This document shows, in pieces, positions 36,461-50,424 of a stretch of 64,000 nt of DNA. Within the stretch, counting starts at the first letter, position 1. Each line of letters starts with the position of its first letter. The notes below the pieces were generated by a model that was not told where the DNA came from, did not search any database, and saw only the letters and a program-made list of their open reading frames with translations. The position numbers and the translations under genes were made by a program. Origin of the DNA: the human T2T-CHM13v2.0 reference genome, Homo sapiens; assembly GCF_009914755.1 (NCBI RefSeq), contig NC_060936.1; one strand, written 5' to 3'.

Positions 36461-36681
36461 CTCCTCAACTGGCACCACCATTTGTGACAACTCCAGAGCT
36501 GACTGCCTGGGAGGAAACAGAAGGAACCAGGGCCTCTCGGCCTCTCGGAGTCTCTTCAAAGTCAAACAGCTTGTGTGGTGGGAACAAGATGACGGGGAGT
36601 CAGAAGGATGGGTGCTGTGGTCACAGCATGAAGCACGGGGTGTAAGACTTCTGGGGGGATCCTCAGCGTGGGATAGCAAGT
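36461..36681 (+). repeat. Arm 1 of approx. 220-bp inverted repeat (source copy)
   Basis: Reverse complement of 37765-37987. Confidence 0.95.
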
Positions 36682-37092
36682 CCTGTGGGAGGGTGGAGTG
36701 CAGTGGTGATAAGATCTTGAAACTGAGGAAGCAGTTTGAGAGGCAGATCATCTATAGGGGTATTAAAAATTGAGTGGAAGAAAATGAAGAATGAAGCCTC
36801 AGTGAGAGAATCACAAGGAAACAGTAGGTGACAATGAGAGGAGGTAGAGCCAGGTGGTAATAGCCTCGGACGACTTCACACAGGGGCAGAGTAGCCATGG
36901 GAGCAAACAAGCGACAACCACAACAGTCTAGCTTTCCTCTCCTGGCCCCTTGCTACCTGGAACATCAATTTGTTCATTTAAGCAAATATTTATTTATTTA
37001 AACCAATAATGAACCTCCATGTCTTAGTTGGCTCAGGCTGCCAGAACGAAATACCATGGCTTAAACAATAGGAATTTATTTTTCATAGTTCT

Positions 37093-37520
37093 TGTATGAG
37101 TCCATTCTCGCACTGCTTTAAAGGAATACCTGAGACTGGGTAATTTATAAAGGAAAGAGGTTTAATTGGCTCACAGTTCTGCAGGCTGTACAGGAAGCAT
37201 AGCGGCTTCTGCTTCTGGGGAGGCTTTAGGAAGCTTCCAACCATGCTGGAAGGCAAAGCAGGAGCGACAGGTCCCACATGGAGGGAGCAGGAGCAAGAGA
37301 GAGAGAGAGGAGGAGGTGCTGCACACTTTTAAACAACCAGATCTGACGAGAACTCCCTCACTATCCCAAAGAGAGTACCAAGTGGGGGGGGTGGTGGTGT
37401 TAAACCATTCATGAGAACCCGCCCCTATGATCTAGTCACCTCCCACCAGGCCCACCTCCAACACTGGGAATTGCAATTCTACATGAGATTTGGGTGGGGA
37501 GACAGACCCAAACCATATCA
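37093..37520 (-). mobile_element. MSTA-like solo LTR nested in the MLT1A
   Basis: tgtatgagtccattctc...caaaccatatca; 5-bp TSD gttct. Confidence 0.9.
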
Positions 37521-37764
37521 GTTCTGGAGTCTGGAAGTCGGAGATCAGGGTGTCAGCCAGCATGGCTGGGGTCTGGTGATGGCCACCTTCTCACTGTGTC
37601 CTCGCCTGAGGTCGGGGCAGAGAGAGAGAGCACATATGAGCTCTCTGGTGTCTCTTCTTATAAGGACACTAATCCCACCATGAGGGTCCTACTCTTACGA
37701 CCTCATCTGAACCTAATCACCTCCTAAAGACCCCTCTCCAAACACCATCACATTGGGCAACCCA

Positions 37765-37987
37765 ACTTGTTATCTCCAGCCTGAGCCTCCCCCCAGAACT
37801 CTTGGACCCCTGTGCTTCATGCTGTGACCACAGCTCCCATCCTTCTGACTCCCCGTCATCTCGTTCCCACCACAAATATTCTTTGACTTTGAAGAGACAC
37901 CGAGAGGCCAAGAGGCCCTGGGTGCCTCTGTTTCTTCCCAGGCAGTCAGCTCTGGAATTGTCAGAAATGGTGGTGCCAGCTGAGGAG
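37765..37987 (-). repeat. Arm 2 of inverted repeat (inserted copy)
   Basis: Interrupts the MLT1 between cacattggg and ggcttcaa. Confidence 0.95.
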
Positions 37988-40933
37988 CTCCTCAGTGGGC
38001 TTCAATGCATGATTGGGGAGGGGAGGGACACAACTCAGTCCACAGCACTCCACTATCTGTGAACAAAAACAAAGTCTCTATTCTCATGAAGCTTACTTAG
38101 CTTCTACTAGAGGGAGGTGGACAATAAACAAAAAATAAATAAATGATATATTGAGGTAACAAGGCCATAAAAAGATTAGGTTGGTGGGGTGAGGAGCGGC
38201 TGGGCATTACTCTGTATAGAATGAACATGGAAGATGAAGGAGTAAGACAGTGAATATCTGTGTGAAGAGTTTTCAAGTCTGAGAGCAGCAAGTGCAAACA
38301 CCCTGAGGCAGGATCAGGTTTTACCTGTGGAGCTGCCGAAGAGAGAGGGAGGAGGAGGAAAGTAGAATTTGTATTCGTTGGAGTGTAACTGGGGGGCCAA
38401 CCACGTAGGCGCATTGTAAAGACTTCAGCTTTTACAGCTGAAGGTGGAAAGCCATGGCAGGTTAAAGGGGAGGGAGGTGACATGACCGAGAAAGGGAGGA
38501 TGGGAACCCTGAGGTGAGAAAGTGACACGGGGGTGCTCCTCGGGAGAAAGGTGTGTTGCAGAAAGGACAAGGAGGTGGCAGCAGAGTGGTTTGGATAGGC
38601 TGAGTGTAGTGGTGTGAGGGTCCCACAGGCACAGACCCCTGGGGTCTGCAGCAGCCAGAAGGGGCTGCCCTGTGGGAGACCCATTCTGGGGAAGGGCTGA
38701 GGTTCCATGTGGAAGCCGCCGGCAGCAAGTTCCACAAGGTCTCAGGATGGAAGATGAGAGGGGATATGGCAAAGCCTGGGTGCCTCTTAGAATGTGCAGA
38801 AAGGCTTTCTGGAGAGTAGGCAGAGGGCATGAGTCTCTCTGGCCAAGAGCTGCCTCCTGCTACGTTTTGAGAGGAAAAGGTAGCACAGTGGAAACTAGGA
38901 AAGCTGTCCAGCCAGGAAAAGCCCCCATCCCTGAGATCTGGGTCAGCCTAAAGGTTCTGATGCTTTGGTGAGCCGGAGGAGGAGCTTCACAAGGAAGAGT
39001 CACTGGAAGGAGAAACCAGAAGCAGGGAGGGAAGGGCTGCCACCTGAGGAGACGTCCTCCTTCACGACTTTGCTGGCCTGGTCACCTGGGCCTGCAGGGG
39101 AAGGGCAGGGAGGTGCCACCTATTGTGAAGGAAAATCAGCCACAGTGTATGTCTAAGCAAAAGCCACTCTCCAAACCCTCGTTTGCAATTTTGTCACTTC
39201 TTTGGCAACAAGCCCCCTGCAGCTGTTCCACCCAGAGCCTCTGCCAGGTGACCTGGCCGTGCCCAGTGCCCCACAGCTGCAGCCTGCTGGCGGGGACTCC
39301 AAGTCTCCCCTGCTCCCAGCTTTCCTGACTCGGGGCTGTTGGGCTTGGAGGGAGCTGCATTGGGGGACAGGTGAGGGAGGAGGCCGGGGCACCAGCAGGA
39401 AGCTCTGGCTCTCCTTCTCTTTCCTGGTAAAAGCAAGGCACAAAGCACTCTTTGATCTGTGCCCTCTGCCAGTTCTGGCAGGGCTGCGCTTGTCACTGTT
39501 CCAAAAAAGAGCAGGAGGTTACTTAGCTATGGATGAATAATAATTGGGCATTTGTCTAACAGCTACTGTACTGATGAATAATTAAAATTTTTATTACAAT
39601 TGAGGCAAAGAGCACTCTACCCATACGGATGGTCTGTCAGCTCTGCCAGAGGAAACGCAGGTAATTGAAGAGTGTCCTCCAAGTTCTGAAATAATAGTCA
39701 TGATCATGGCAAAGATGTCTGGGTTAAAAGCTGGGAAAATAGGTGGACAACCAGACCCAATCACCAAGGCTTCTTCCTTTTTGGGGTGTAATAAGGTAAA
39801 TCGGCTAAAGCTGGTCTTGGGAGTGCAAATGGCTGGAACAGTCAGGGAAAGCTAGGAGTGAAAACCAGGAGGAACAGAAATAAAGAGAAATAGATGAAGA
39901 CTTACTAGGCAAATGCCCTTATATAGTAGCTGATGAGGATGACTTTGATGAGATAAGAGGGGACAGCTGGAGCATAATGGAAAAAGTCAGAAATGAGAAC
40001 ACCCTTGTCAAATGGCTTGGCTCCTTTTTGGCTGTAATCTTGTGCAAACTCACTTAACCTGCACAAGCTTCCCTTTCTGCCTCTATAAAATGGGGATGAT
40101 ACTGTTTAATCATTGGCTCATCTCCTGAGGATTAAACAAGATAATGTTGAGGATATTTAATAATTATGAAGGCAGACAGCAAATGCAAGTAATTATAACT
40201 CAGAAGTCAGAATTAAAGGTAACTGGGTTCAAACAGCTTAAGAGTTGGGACGGGTTGAGTGAATGAGGATACAGAAACAGTGGAGAAGAAAATCAGTGGT
40301 GTTGGGGTTGGACCAAATGAAATCAACAGTGGAATTTCACTAACTTAAATACATTGTGCAAGGTAAACAAATTCCTTTAGTTATCAAATACCATTTGATA
40401 CTTCCCGGGTGTGTTAATAAGACAGTCCACTCAAAAAATGGACCACTAAATGATAATTATTTTGATGGGAGAGTGTCTATGGAATTCATACACCCACGAA
40501 ATTATACTGTGAGGTATGAGCATGCGCAGGAAAGACTATTATGCCCAACCTTTTGAGAGCATGTCATGTGCAAGAGAACCTGGACACACCCGAGAGATAA
40601 ATGGCAAGAATGCCCTGGCTCCCCAAACATATAAGGAGGAGGCTGTGGCTTGCTCTTCCCCTGCTCTTCCTCTGTAGTGATCGGCCATGCAGTCCATGTG
40701 ATTCGAGTTTATGATGGGAACCAAAAATCTTCAATGTAAAACATTTTTTATTTGTTACTTCCATCCATTTTTCCTGCTGTCCGTAACCCTGCTTTTTCTC
40801 TTTTTTCCATCTTACCTTCCTTGTAATTGATTGGGGTTAGCATCCTCCTTTTTACTGCCTTTATTTTGAACAACTGATACCATATTTCTATTTCATAGTG
40901 ATTCACTTTAAATTGTTGTTATTTAAATTTAAC

Positions 40934-40995
40934 CTTTAATATTATTATTAAAAGTTAATAATATTAAAGTACCTTGAGCTAAGCACTCAAGGTAC
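40934..40995. repeat. Two adjacent perfect inverted repeats (14-bp and 10-bp stems)
   Basis: ctttaatattatta/taataatattaaag and gtaccttgag/ctcaaggtac. Confidence 0.9.
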
Positions 40996-41062
40996 ATAAT
41001 CTTTTTTAATCCATACAACACTCCTGTGTTCCTCATTTTACACAGAATAAAAATAAGGTTCA

Positions 41063-41345
41063 GGCCAGGCACGGTGGCTCATATTTATAATCTCAGTGTT
41101 TTTGGAAGACCTAGGTGGGAGGATCACTTAAGGCCAGGAGTTCAAGGCTAGCCTGGGTAACATAGCATGAATCCATCTCTAAAAATATTTCAAAATTAGC
41201 CAGGCGTGGTGTTGTGCACCTGTAGTCCCTGCTACTCGGGAGACTGAGGCAGGAGGATCATTGAGCCCAGGAGGTCAAGGCCACTGCAATCCAGCCTCAG
41301 TGACAGAGCAAAACCCCGTCTCAAAAAAAAAAAAAAAAGAAAGAA
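41063..41345 (+). mobile_element. AluJ SINE within a MIR remnant
   Basis: J-type gaggatcattgagcccagg; MIR core flanks. Confidence 0.9.
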
Positions 41346-41411
41346 AAGAGAAACTGAGGTTCAGAGGGATTTAAGTAACTAGCTCAAGGTCCCAAGACTT
41401 CTAATGCATAG

Positions 41412-41869
<458 letters not shown>

Positions 41870-44800
41870 TTAATTCAGCAAGTATTTGTTGAGTGCATTT
41901 GTTCAAGGTATGGAGAAACCAGGTGTAAATGAGAGATGAAGCCGCGTTCCTGGGAGTGACTATGAGGTGAGCATCACGTGTGTGGTGCCCAGCGCTGGAG
42001 GCCTTGCAGGGCCAATCACGACCTCTCGGGATGTCCAGAGATGCTGCTACCACCCAAGCAGCCCCTCCCAGACTGGAGTGTCCAAAAACAAGTGAACAGC
42101 AGGCAGGCTGGCATGGAAATGGACAGATGGGACTTGAAGGCAGGAACCTGGGTCCAGTCCTGGTCTCACCATCACTAGGCCCACGACCTCTGTAAGACCC
42201 TCGCCTGCTCAGTCAGTTTCATCGTTTGTAAATAAGAATACTGTTGAGCAGAGAGGTGCAGGTGAGAGATTGTCCAAAAATGCTTTGAAAAGGATGCTAA
42301 GTAACAGTTAGCTTTTATTATCCCTATGTTTCTGCTAATCAAACCCAGGATAGTTTTCTACAGCAATCTGTGAGAGGCTCCATTATATACTGTATTTGAA
42401 TATTCCAAACTACTCCTTTGCAGGAAGGAGTAATTCTCTCACATGCTCCTGCCTTGAGTGCTGAGTGGAGTTACAGAAGGTGAAGGGCCACAGAGGAGAA
42501 TGGCTGCCAGGCATCTTTCCATACCAGCTCCTTCTTTCCATTCCTTCTTGGGCATGGATTTATATAGCACATTAACAAAGAGCCAGGGAGGAAAGGAAGA
42601 ATTTCTAAACCCTTTGCTAGAAATCCTCAAGTGTTTAGCTACACTGGAGCTACCCCAGGTGCTGCTACCCCAGGTCCTCTCTGTGACCCTGCCCCGTCTC
42701 TGCTGGCTGAACACCATATCTGAATGACTGTGCCCTGACTACTGAGCTCCAAGGGTCTGGAATGCCACTTCACATCACAGGATAACAAGGCAGCAGCTGT
42801 CCACCCCTCTGAGCACGCCTGGACATCTGGCTGGTGTCTTTCCAAAGGTCTCCATCCTGAGCAGTCCTCAAGCAAACACTCGAACCTCCTGTGGTGAACT
42901 CAGGCCAAGACTATGTGCTTGACTGTCGGTGGCAGCTGCTGAGCTCCAGATGACACGGGTCATGAAGAGTTGGGCTTTTATCTCAGTTCTTCAAACAACC
43001 AGATCAGACGTAACAGGTAAGCAATCGGATTTATTTGCCCAGCTCTAAACTCTTGTGCCTATCAGAAAGAATCAAGCCAAACCCTGAAAGGTCAATTTCA
43101 GATGCTGTGTCATTATCCTCACCGAGACTTTTTCCTTCTTTCTCAGTTTTCTCAAGTTGTTTAGAGGAGAACTGCAGGGAATTTTCCCACAATATCCAGG
43201 AACGAACACCCAGTAACATCTCCCTGAATCTGCAGTGTTATCCTAAAATTCAAGTACATTTGTAGCCGATCCGTCTGCATCTGCACAATATCCCTAAGTA
43301 TCATGGTGGGGAGACTGGGATATTCGTAGTCTGTACCCTCAGGGAGAAGGCTCTCCTATCTTGGTGCCTATAGAATGGCAGGGAGAGGAGATAATGCTAT
43401 GAAAACAGTAGGAAGAGCCCCTGCCATTCAAAGAATCAGTCTACCCTTGAAATTAGACCTCATGCAACCTCCCTTCCTGATGCAAACCTGAAACCACCCA
43501 TGGCCTCATGGACAGGAAGCCACCCAGCTTGATCTGTACAAACGTCCTTAGAGTTGGCTGCATGAGGCTGCCCCTGGCTCTGACACACACTCAATTATTT
43601 GGGAAAAAAAAAAAACTGCCTTATACTGAAATGAAACCAGCTTCTTTAGCACTTCCTTCCATTGATCCATCAGCTATAATGCACTTGCATTCTATCTTCA
43701 AAAAATATGGGCAGCCAAAATAAAAGGAACGGGTGTCTGCTCTATCTCTTCTAGACCTTCCTCTCTGAGAGGTCCTTTAGCTTGTTTTGTGACACTTTTT
43801 AAAGTAAGACATTTAGACTCATATCTTGACAAATTATAAATGGCTTTCTCCAGTTGCCCCTTTTCCTGCCCCACTCCTCTGTCCTTCCTTACAGCATAAG
43901 ACCTTCTAGTCATTGCAGTTTTCAACATAAACAGATAGCAGAGAACACCCGGCAAAGACCAACATAAGTGGCTGTGCACATCAAGAAAAAGACAGTTATG
44001 CCTGCTTCTCAGTGATTATTAAGGGAAAATAAAACCTACAATGATAAACTTCACATTTTGCTAATTTCCAGTCATGTGTCTCCATCCAGGCATTGCCCAC
44101 AACCTTAACTTCTCTCCAAAAGTATCTGAGCCAATGTGTCAACATTGCTCCAAATACAAGGTGCAAGTATACACTACTGACATGAACCATCACCCAAAAC
44201 TTACCTATCTTCCTCTCACAGTCACCCCCACCTGCCAGAACACTCCCTGGTGGTGGGAAGAGAGGTGGCAAAAAGCAGGGCATTAACTAATTAACACGTC
44301 CTTTCACTCAACACGCTTGCCTTGAAGCAATTTTGTTTTCACAGCATCGGGCTGGAAAAAAAAGACCTTGAAAAATCATAGCCAATGCCTCATACGTTCT
44401 GGTAGATCTATATTTGAAATCTCCAAAGCAGTAGAGAATTTTTTTATGGTTGATGTTGATGATGATGATGGTGACATTTTTGTGTGTTGTTTGTTTTACA
44501 TTATAAGTATTTCAACGTAAAGAGAGAAGCGTAGGCAATAATAAATATCTATGTAGCCACAATCTAGCTAACACAATAATTTACCATATTTTGTTCCAAT
44601 TTTTTTGTAAAAAAACAAACAAACAAACAAAAAACAAAAAGCATTGAGATGCATGTACTTCTGTTGGAGCATCCCTCCCTGATCCCAGTCACTTCCCTCC
44701 ACTCCAGCAGGCAGCCACTGGCCTGAGGCTAATGGTAACCATGCCATGAAGATCTTTAAAAGATACTCACTACATATGTACGCATAAAGAAATGGAATTT

Positions 44801-46470
44801 TTCTTTCTACATAAATTCTATCATATTGTATGTTCTAATCTGCACTTGCTCTTTTCACTTGACATCCTCCTTTTCGATAGAGCCATAATGACCCATGCTG
44901 CCTAACTCATACATCCCAATGGCTAGTATTTCTCCCATCTTAAAAACAAAAACCTTCCATGAACTTTGCCAACCATGTACTGCCCCCCTCTCTGTTGTAC
45001 TCTTCACCTTTCTTGCAATACAACTCCCTGCAAGTGTTGTCCACACTCCCGATCTCCTAGTTTTCTCCCAAACTCTCTCAACTCACTCCAGTTAGACTTC
45101 ACTAGCAAGAAACTTGGGTATCGTAGCTAAAAATCCTTCCAGCCTAGAATTAGGACTTTGCTTCATGAGTGGCCAAGAGAAGCGTCATGTCTCAGTTCCC
45201 GGTGGTGGTTTCTGTGTGCCCTGGTAGCTTGACAGCACCTTCCTCAGTTTGTCTGTCCTCCACGTTAGCACATGGGAACAAGCACCTGGTGAACTGGCCC
45301 ACCTTGGAAGCTGCTGGCAATTCTGCTGCCTCTGCCACCACGAGACTCTGAAGAATACTGTACATACACAGATGCCCCGTCTAGAAGTCCTTTCTGACAA
45401 GTCCTAAGGAGATGCATGAACATCACATTGAGCCTTTCCTTCCCTTGCGAACACCATCATGTGGGAGAAGGGGAAGAGCCACTATCCAGGTCTCCCCACC
45501 TGTGGATCACTCTCAGCATCCACTCATCTCACCAGCTGCTAGGCTGACAGAGATCCACAGTGTGGCCAAGAAGAGCTTTTCACTCCATCCGCTCCGCCCC
45601 TAAAAACACACCTCTGTTGGAGTTACTGTAAGGGTCTGTGAATGAATGTTTAGATCCCCATTAGGGAAAGAGATCAGGGCTCAGGGATCAAGGATACGTG
45701 GTTCTCAGAGCTCCTCACCTGCGAGAGGATACCTTTATTGTTCATCCATATGCTGATCCCAGCCTTGCTCCCTGCCCCACTCATACGAAAAGCCTAACTA
45801 TAGATAACTCTATTTATAAATCCCATGAATACACAAGTCAGGCTTACGGTGGTTTTGTAAACCATTTCTCTCCTTTTATTTTTATTTTTTTGTCCTATTC
45901 AATTACTTTGCATCTCAGTTGATGCCAAAATATCAGTGGATATGCACACATTCTAAAAACTTCAGTGTACTGCTCAGAAAATACGGAAAAACAGACACTC
46001 TGAATATCCTCTCCAAAGCTCAGCACTGAGAAACAAACTACCTGTGCAAAGAAAACCGCAAATAGATGCTGTTTGCCCTGTTTGTTTATAGATGAATTTT
46101 CATTTTGCATTATGCTTTTCATACGAGTGCATCCTAAAAAGATTTTCACAATGAACTGTGTACATGTAGTAAAGATTGCAAAAAGAGGGAAATAATAAAG
46201 GATAAAAGCAAAGACTAAACTTTCTACCAAAGATTTTGGAGGAAAAAGCGTTGGCCAGGATAAATAAAATATTTTTAAATGAGTGGTGTATAATTAAATG
46301 GTCAGAGAAATAACTGAAGGCAAGTAAATTGACTTTCTTTTCCTTTTTTTACATTTCTTATTTCTCCCTTGCATAAGACAACCAAGGTTTGAGCCAGCTG
46401 CTGTCTTCTTCCTATCTATGGGACTTTGAGAAGTTTATTTCTGTTACCTCCATAAGCCTCAGTCTCTTCA

Positions 46471-46637
<167 letters not shown>

Positions 46638-46647
46638 ACACATAATT

Positions 46648-46956
46648 GGCTGGGCATGGTGGCTCATGCCTGTAATCCCAGCACTTTGGGAGGCTGAGGC
46701 AGGCGGTTCACAAGATCAAGAGATCGAGACCATCCTGGCCAACATGGTGAAACCCCGTCTCTACTAAAAATACAAAAATTAGCTGGGCATGGTGGTGTGT
46801 GCCTATAATCCCAGCTACTCAGCAGGCTGAGGCAGAGAATTGCTTGATTGCTTGAACCTGGGAGGCGGAGACTGCAGTGAGCCAAGATCGCACCACTGCA
46901 CACCAGCCTAGAGATAGAGTGAGACTCCGTCTCAAAAAAAAAAAAAAAAAAAAAAA
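46648..46956 (+). mobile_element. AluSc-like SINE
   Basis: tcaagagatcgagaccatcctggccaacatgg. Confidence 0.92.
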
Positions 46957-48381
46957 TTACAGGACCCATCTCTTTGAGTAACTGTATTAAATGTGAATGC
47001 AGCACCTAGCCACATTACTATGCACATAGAAAGTATTCAATAATGTTTACTGCTATTAATATTAATATTTCCTTCATAAATTTATTAATATTCATTTTCT
47101 CCCATCTTAACCCTTCTGGGCCCCTCAATCCACTGGACCTGCCTTCAGCCTCCTGCCTCTTTACTGCCTTCATTCGCACTTCTTTGAGTCAGGTTGGCAA
47201 ACCCCTTCATAATCCGCCCAATCTAGTTTTCCAGCCCCCAATACTCTCCTGACCTATAAATTCGCTTTCTGCATTGGCCACAATGAACTCCTCCCAGGTG
47301 GCAGCTCTTTGGATCTCTCTATCCTTCCTTTCTTTGTGCTCTTTTCCTGGAATGTCCTTCTCTTGTCATCCTACCCAAGACAATCAGTTTCTCCCTCTAT
47401 CGCTCCTTGAATCCGCCTCTGATATTGCACTTGTGTCTGCATATTGACAGGTTTATGGAAGACACTTCCTAGCCATCTTGTGAGCTCCTTGAAGGAACTG
47501 TGTCTTTATCTGTATAGCCCCACCTAGCAGATGCTCAAGGCATGCTTGTGGAATGAATAAGGGAACAGATCATTTCTTCTGAGCTGTTTGCAGTCTGGCT
47601 AAGCCAATTGAAAGAATGCCTTCTCTTGCAATCTACAAATTGAAAAGCCTGTGAGACCCTCAGGACACTCAGGCAAGTTTTCCAGCATATGTGACAATAC
47701 CAAGCCTTAGTGCATTTGCCTCTCACGTGGAGGAGTCTCTTCTAAAAATGAAACAGAGATGAAGGGTGAGACTCTTACAGTGGTTCAACTCCCCTAAGAT
47801 CCTCTTGTGATTTAGAAGCATCTTGGAAAGAAATCCTTGACACTCGCCTCGCCCACCCTGAGCTATAAGGTAAAGCTCTCGGTGGTAAACGTGGCTCCCT
47901 GGTAGGGAGACTTCTTTTATCCTCATTGTTTCTGGAGGGGGAAGTGTTAGCACAGAGACTCCCTGGGAAACCCGAGGATGCCTCACCACCTCACCATAAC
48001 AGCAGGAAACCCAGAAATGATTCACAGCTGAAACCTCTGGCCCACATCGACACATCACATCACATGGTTGTTTCAACTGGAAACCAAACAGCCATCTGGG
48101 CATGATTATCTGTATTTTTGTGAAGGTGTAAATACACAGTGAGTAGGAAGAGTCCAATAAAACCTATTATAATGTTGGTGGTGGGCACCACAAAGAGAGC
48201 ACCCCTTAATAGACATTCCCTGGTCCAGTGAAAGACATACTTTGTACTGAGTCCCGCGCCTGGGAGACCTTCCAGGAAAGTAAATCCCCAGGAGAGAGAG
48301 GCATTTCCCAGTAGGTGCTTTGCTTTTTGGTTGTTTTCTTTTCTTGGTTGTTTACTTTGTTCTACTTTGTTTTTACTACAG

Positions 48382-48506
48382 TTCTGTCCTACTGGTGGCG
48401 GAGTGGGACTCCTTCATGATGTGGCACAGTTTCCTTGAGTTTTAGGAAGAAACGGCCCATGTGGCAGATTCAGAAACAATGAATCAGCACCTAAACAAAC
48501 AGGAAG
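48382..48506 (+). other. Candidate exon with stops in all three frames (non-coding or 5'UTR)
   Basis: Approx. 60-nt T-rich tract, then ctacag|...GAAG|gtaagc. Confidence 0.35.
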
Positions 48507-49405
48507 GTAAGCGGCCCTCCCAAGGTCACCTGGGTAGTGGCAGGGTGTGAACCAGAGTCCAGGTGTCCTGACCACCCACCACCGCCTGTCCTCCTCCCTC
48601 ATACAAGATCCCTTCTAGGCCAGCGCTGAGAATAAAGGCAGCGGCATCATGGGGAGGGGGTGAGGACAGAAGGGTCAGGGAAGGCACTGGGAGGGAGAGG
48701 CAATCCCAACCCAACTCCAACAGCCTAGGGTCAAAGCCCAGCTCCACTCCTGGCAGCTGTGAGACTTTGGTGCATTTAATGTCCTTGAGCCTCTATTTCT
48801 TCACCTGGAAAATGGGATTGATGACAAATGCGTCCCTCCAACAACTAAATGGCACATCAAAGCTTTGGTTAAAGGGGTTGGCACATCGTGAGGACCACGT
48901 CAGCTCTTAATACTCCAATGATGGCTTCCCTATAAGTGCAGAGTCTTCTTCAAGTGGTGGTTAGCACGGGTTTTGCCTGTTCCTTTAATCATGGCTGTGA
49001 ATTTGCTCCGGCACCATTGTTCCCAAAGTAGAATTTACTGGCAGCTTCCCCCCACCCATGACCCATCTCTGCTTGGAAATTTTTTAGTAGTAGTACTGGC
49101 TACTTTTAAGGAGAACTCATTCCACTGTTGCACAATGGCAGCTCTTAGAAAGATCCCTCTTGAATTGGGATAAAATCTGATCTCCCTCTCTATAATTTCT
49201 CCCCACTGGTCTTAACACTACTGCTTTGCTTCCCATACTTGGAGAAATGCTCCCCCAGAGACTCTAGGTGATGTATTGGGGATCAGTAAACCCATAAAAT
49301 AAATAAGGCATGTTTTCCTTATGAATCAAATTAAAATGAAGATTTCTTAGGGAAACAGAATTTAAGCTTTGCATTGAATGGTTATGCTTTTTAAAATATG
49401 TTTCA

Positions 49406-49707
<302 letters not shown>

Positions 49708-49786
49708 TCAATTTAAGATATTTTTTATTAAAACAAACAAGCATATTTTAGTATATAATATAAAATTCAAATCATTTCTTTTTCAG

Positions 49787-49847
49787 ATTTGGCACAAAAA
49801 AGTTTGCTTCGGGCAACCATTGCCAGCTCTATCCAGACCTCCAAGGA
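49787..49847 (+). other. Candidate 61-bp exon
   Basis: tttctttttcag|ATTTGG...CAAGGA|gtgagt. Confidence 0.3.
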
Positions 49848-50250
49848 GTGAGTATCTATTCACTTGCCTCTGACACTGAGGATTTCTAGATGGAGAAGGC
49901 TGAGAAATGCTACTCTGTTGAACAGAGCTACAAAGAACAAATGTAATTCCTTTCCCATGGGGCTGCCCATCAAGTTTTCCTAAGATCTTACAGTTGGAAA
50001 GAGACTTAGAAGTTGTCTAAATCGATCTCCCTTCTGCAGCAATCCTAACAGATGGTCACCCAGCCTCCGCTGGATCAGGCTCAGAGCGGAGAAGAGACCA
50101 CATGGTAATCATTGCCATTGCATCGCTGGCCAGCTCTGATTGTTAGAATGTTCTTTTCTTAAGCCTAGCGCCATGCACAGGGGCCCTGGAATGTGGCAGA
50201 CCTGAGGTGGACTCTTGAACCAGCCGCTTCACCTCACCGGGGCTCAGTTT

Positions 50251-50424
50251 CCTGTAATCCCAGCACTTTGGGAGGCCAAGGCAGGCGGATCATCTGAGGT
50301 CGGTAGTTCGAGACCAGCCTGGCCAACATGGCGAAACGCCGTCTCTACTAAAAATACAAAAATTAACCGGGCTTGGAGGCAGGCACCTGTAATCCCAGCT
50401 ACTCGGGAGGCTGAGGCAGGAAAA
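50251..50424 (+). mobile_element. Internal AluS fragment (no 5' end, no tail) embedded in a MIR
   Basis: MIR ctcagtttcc | Alu middle | ctgtaaaatgggg. Confidence 0.88.

Larger units (their letters stand above)
37020..38047 (-). mobile_element. MLT1A-like solo LTR carrying a nested MST and the inverted duplication
   Basis: tgtcttagtt...cagtccacagca; 5-bp TSD ctcca. Confidence 0.85.

Noticed and set aside
36129-36773. 214-aa ORF as a gene
   Set aside because: It starts inside MER1B and has no recognisable domain; its similarity to ORFs at 37717-38062 is due to the inverted duplication
38097-38735. 212-aa minus-strand ORF
   Set aside because: Non-ATG start, Pro/Ser/Leu-biased composition, and overlap with L2-like sequence
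42649-42675. gctaccccaggt direct repeat
   Set aside because: Short 15-bp-period slippage duplication, unremarkable
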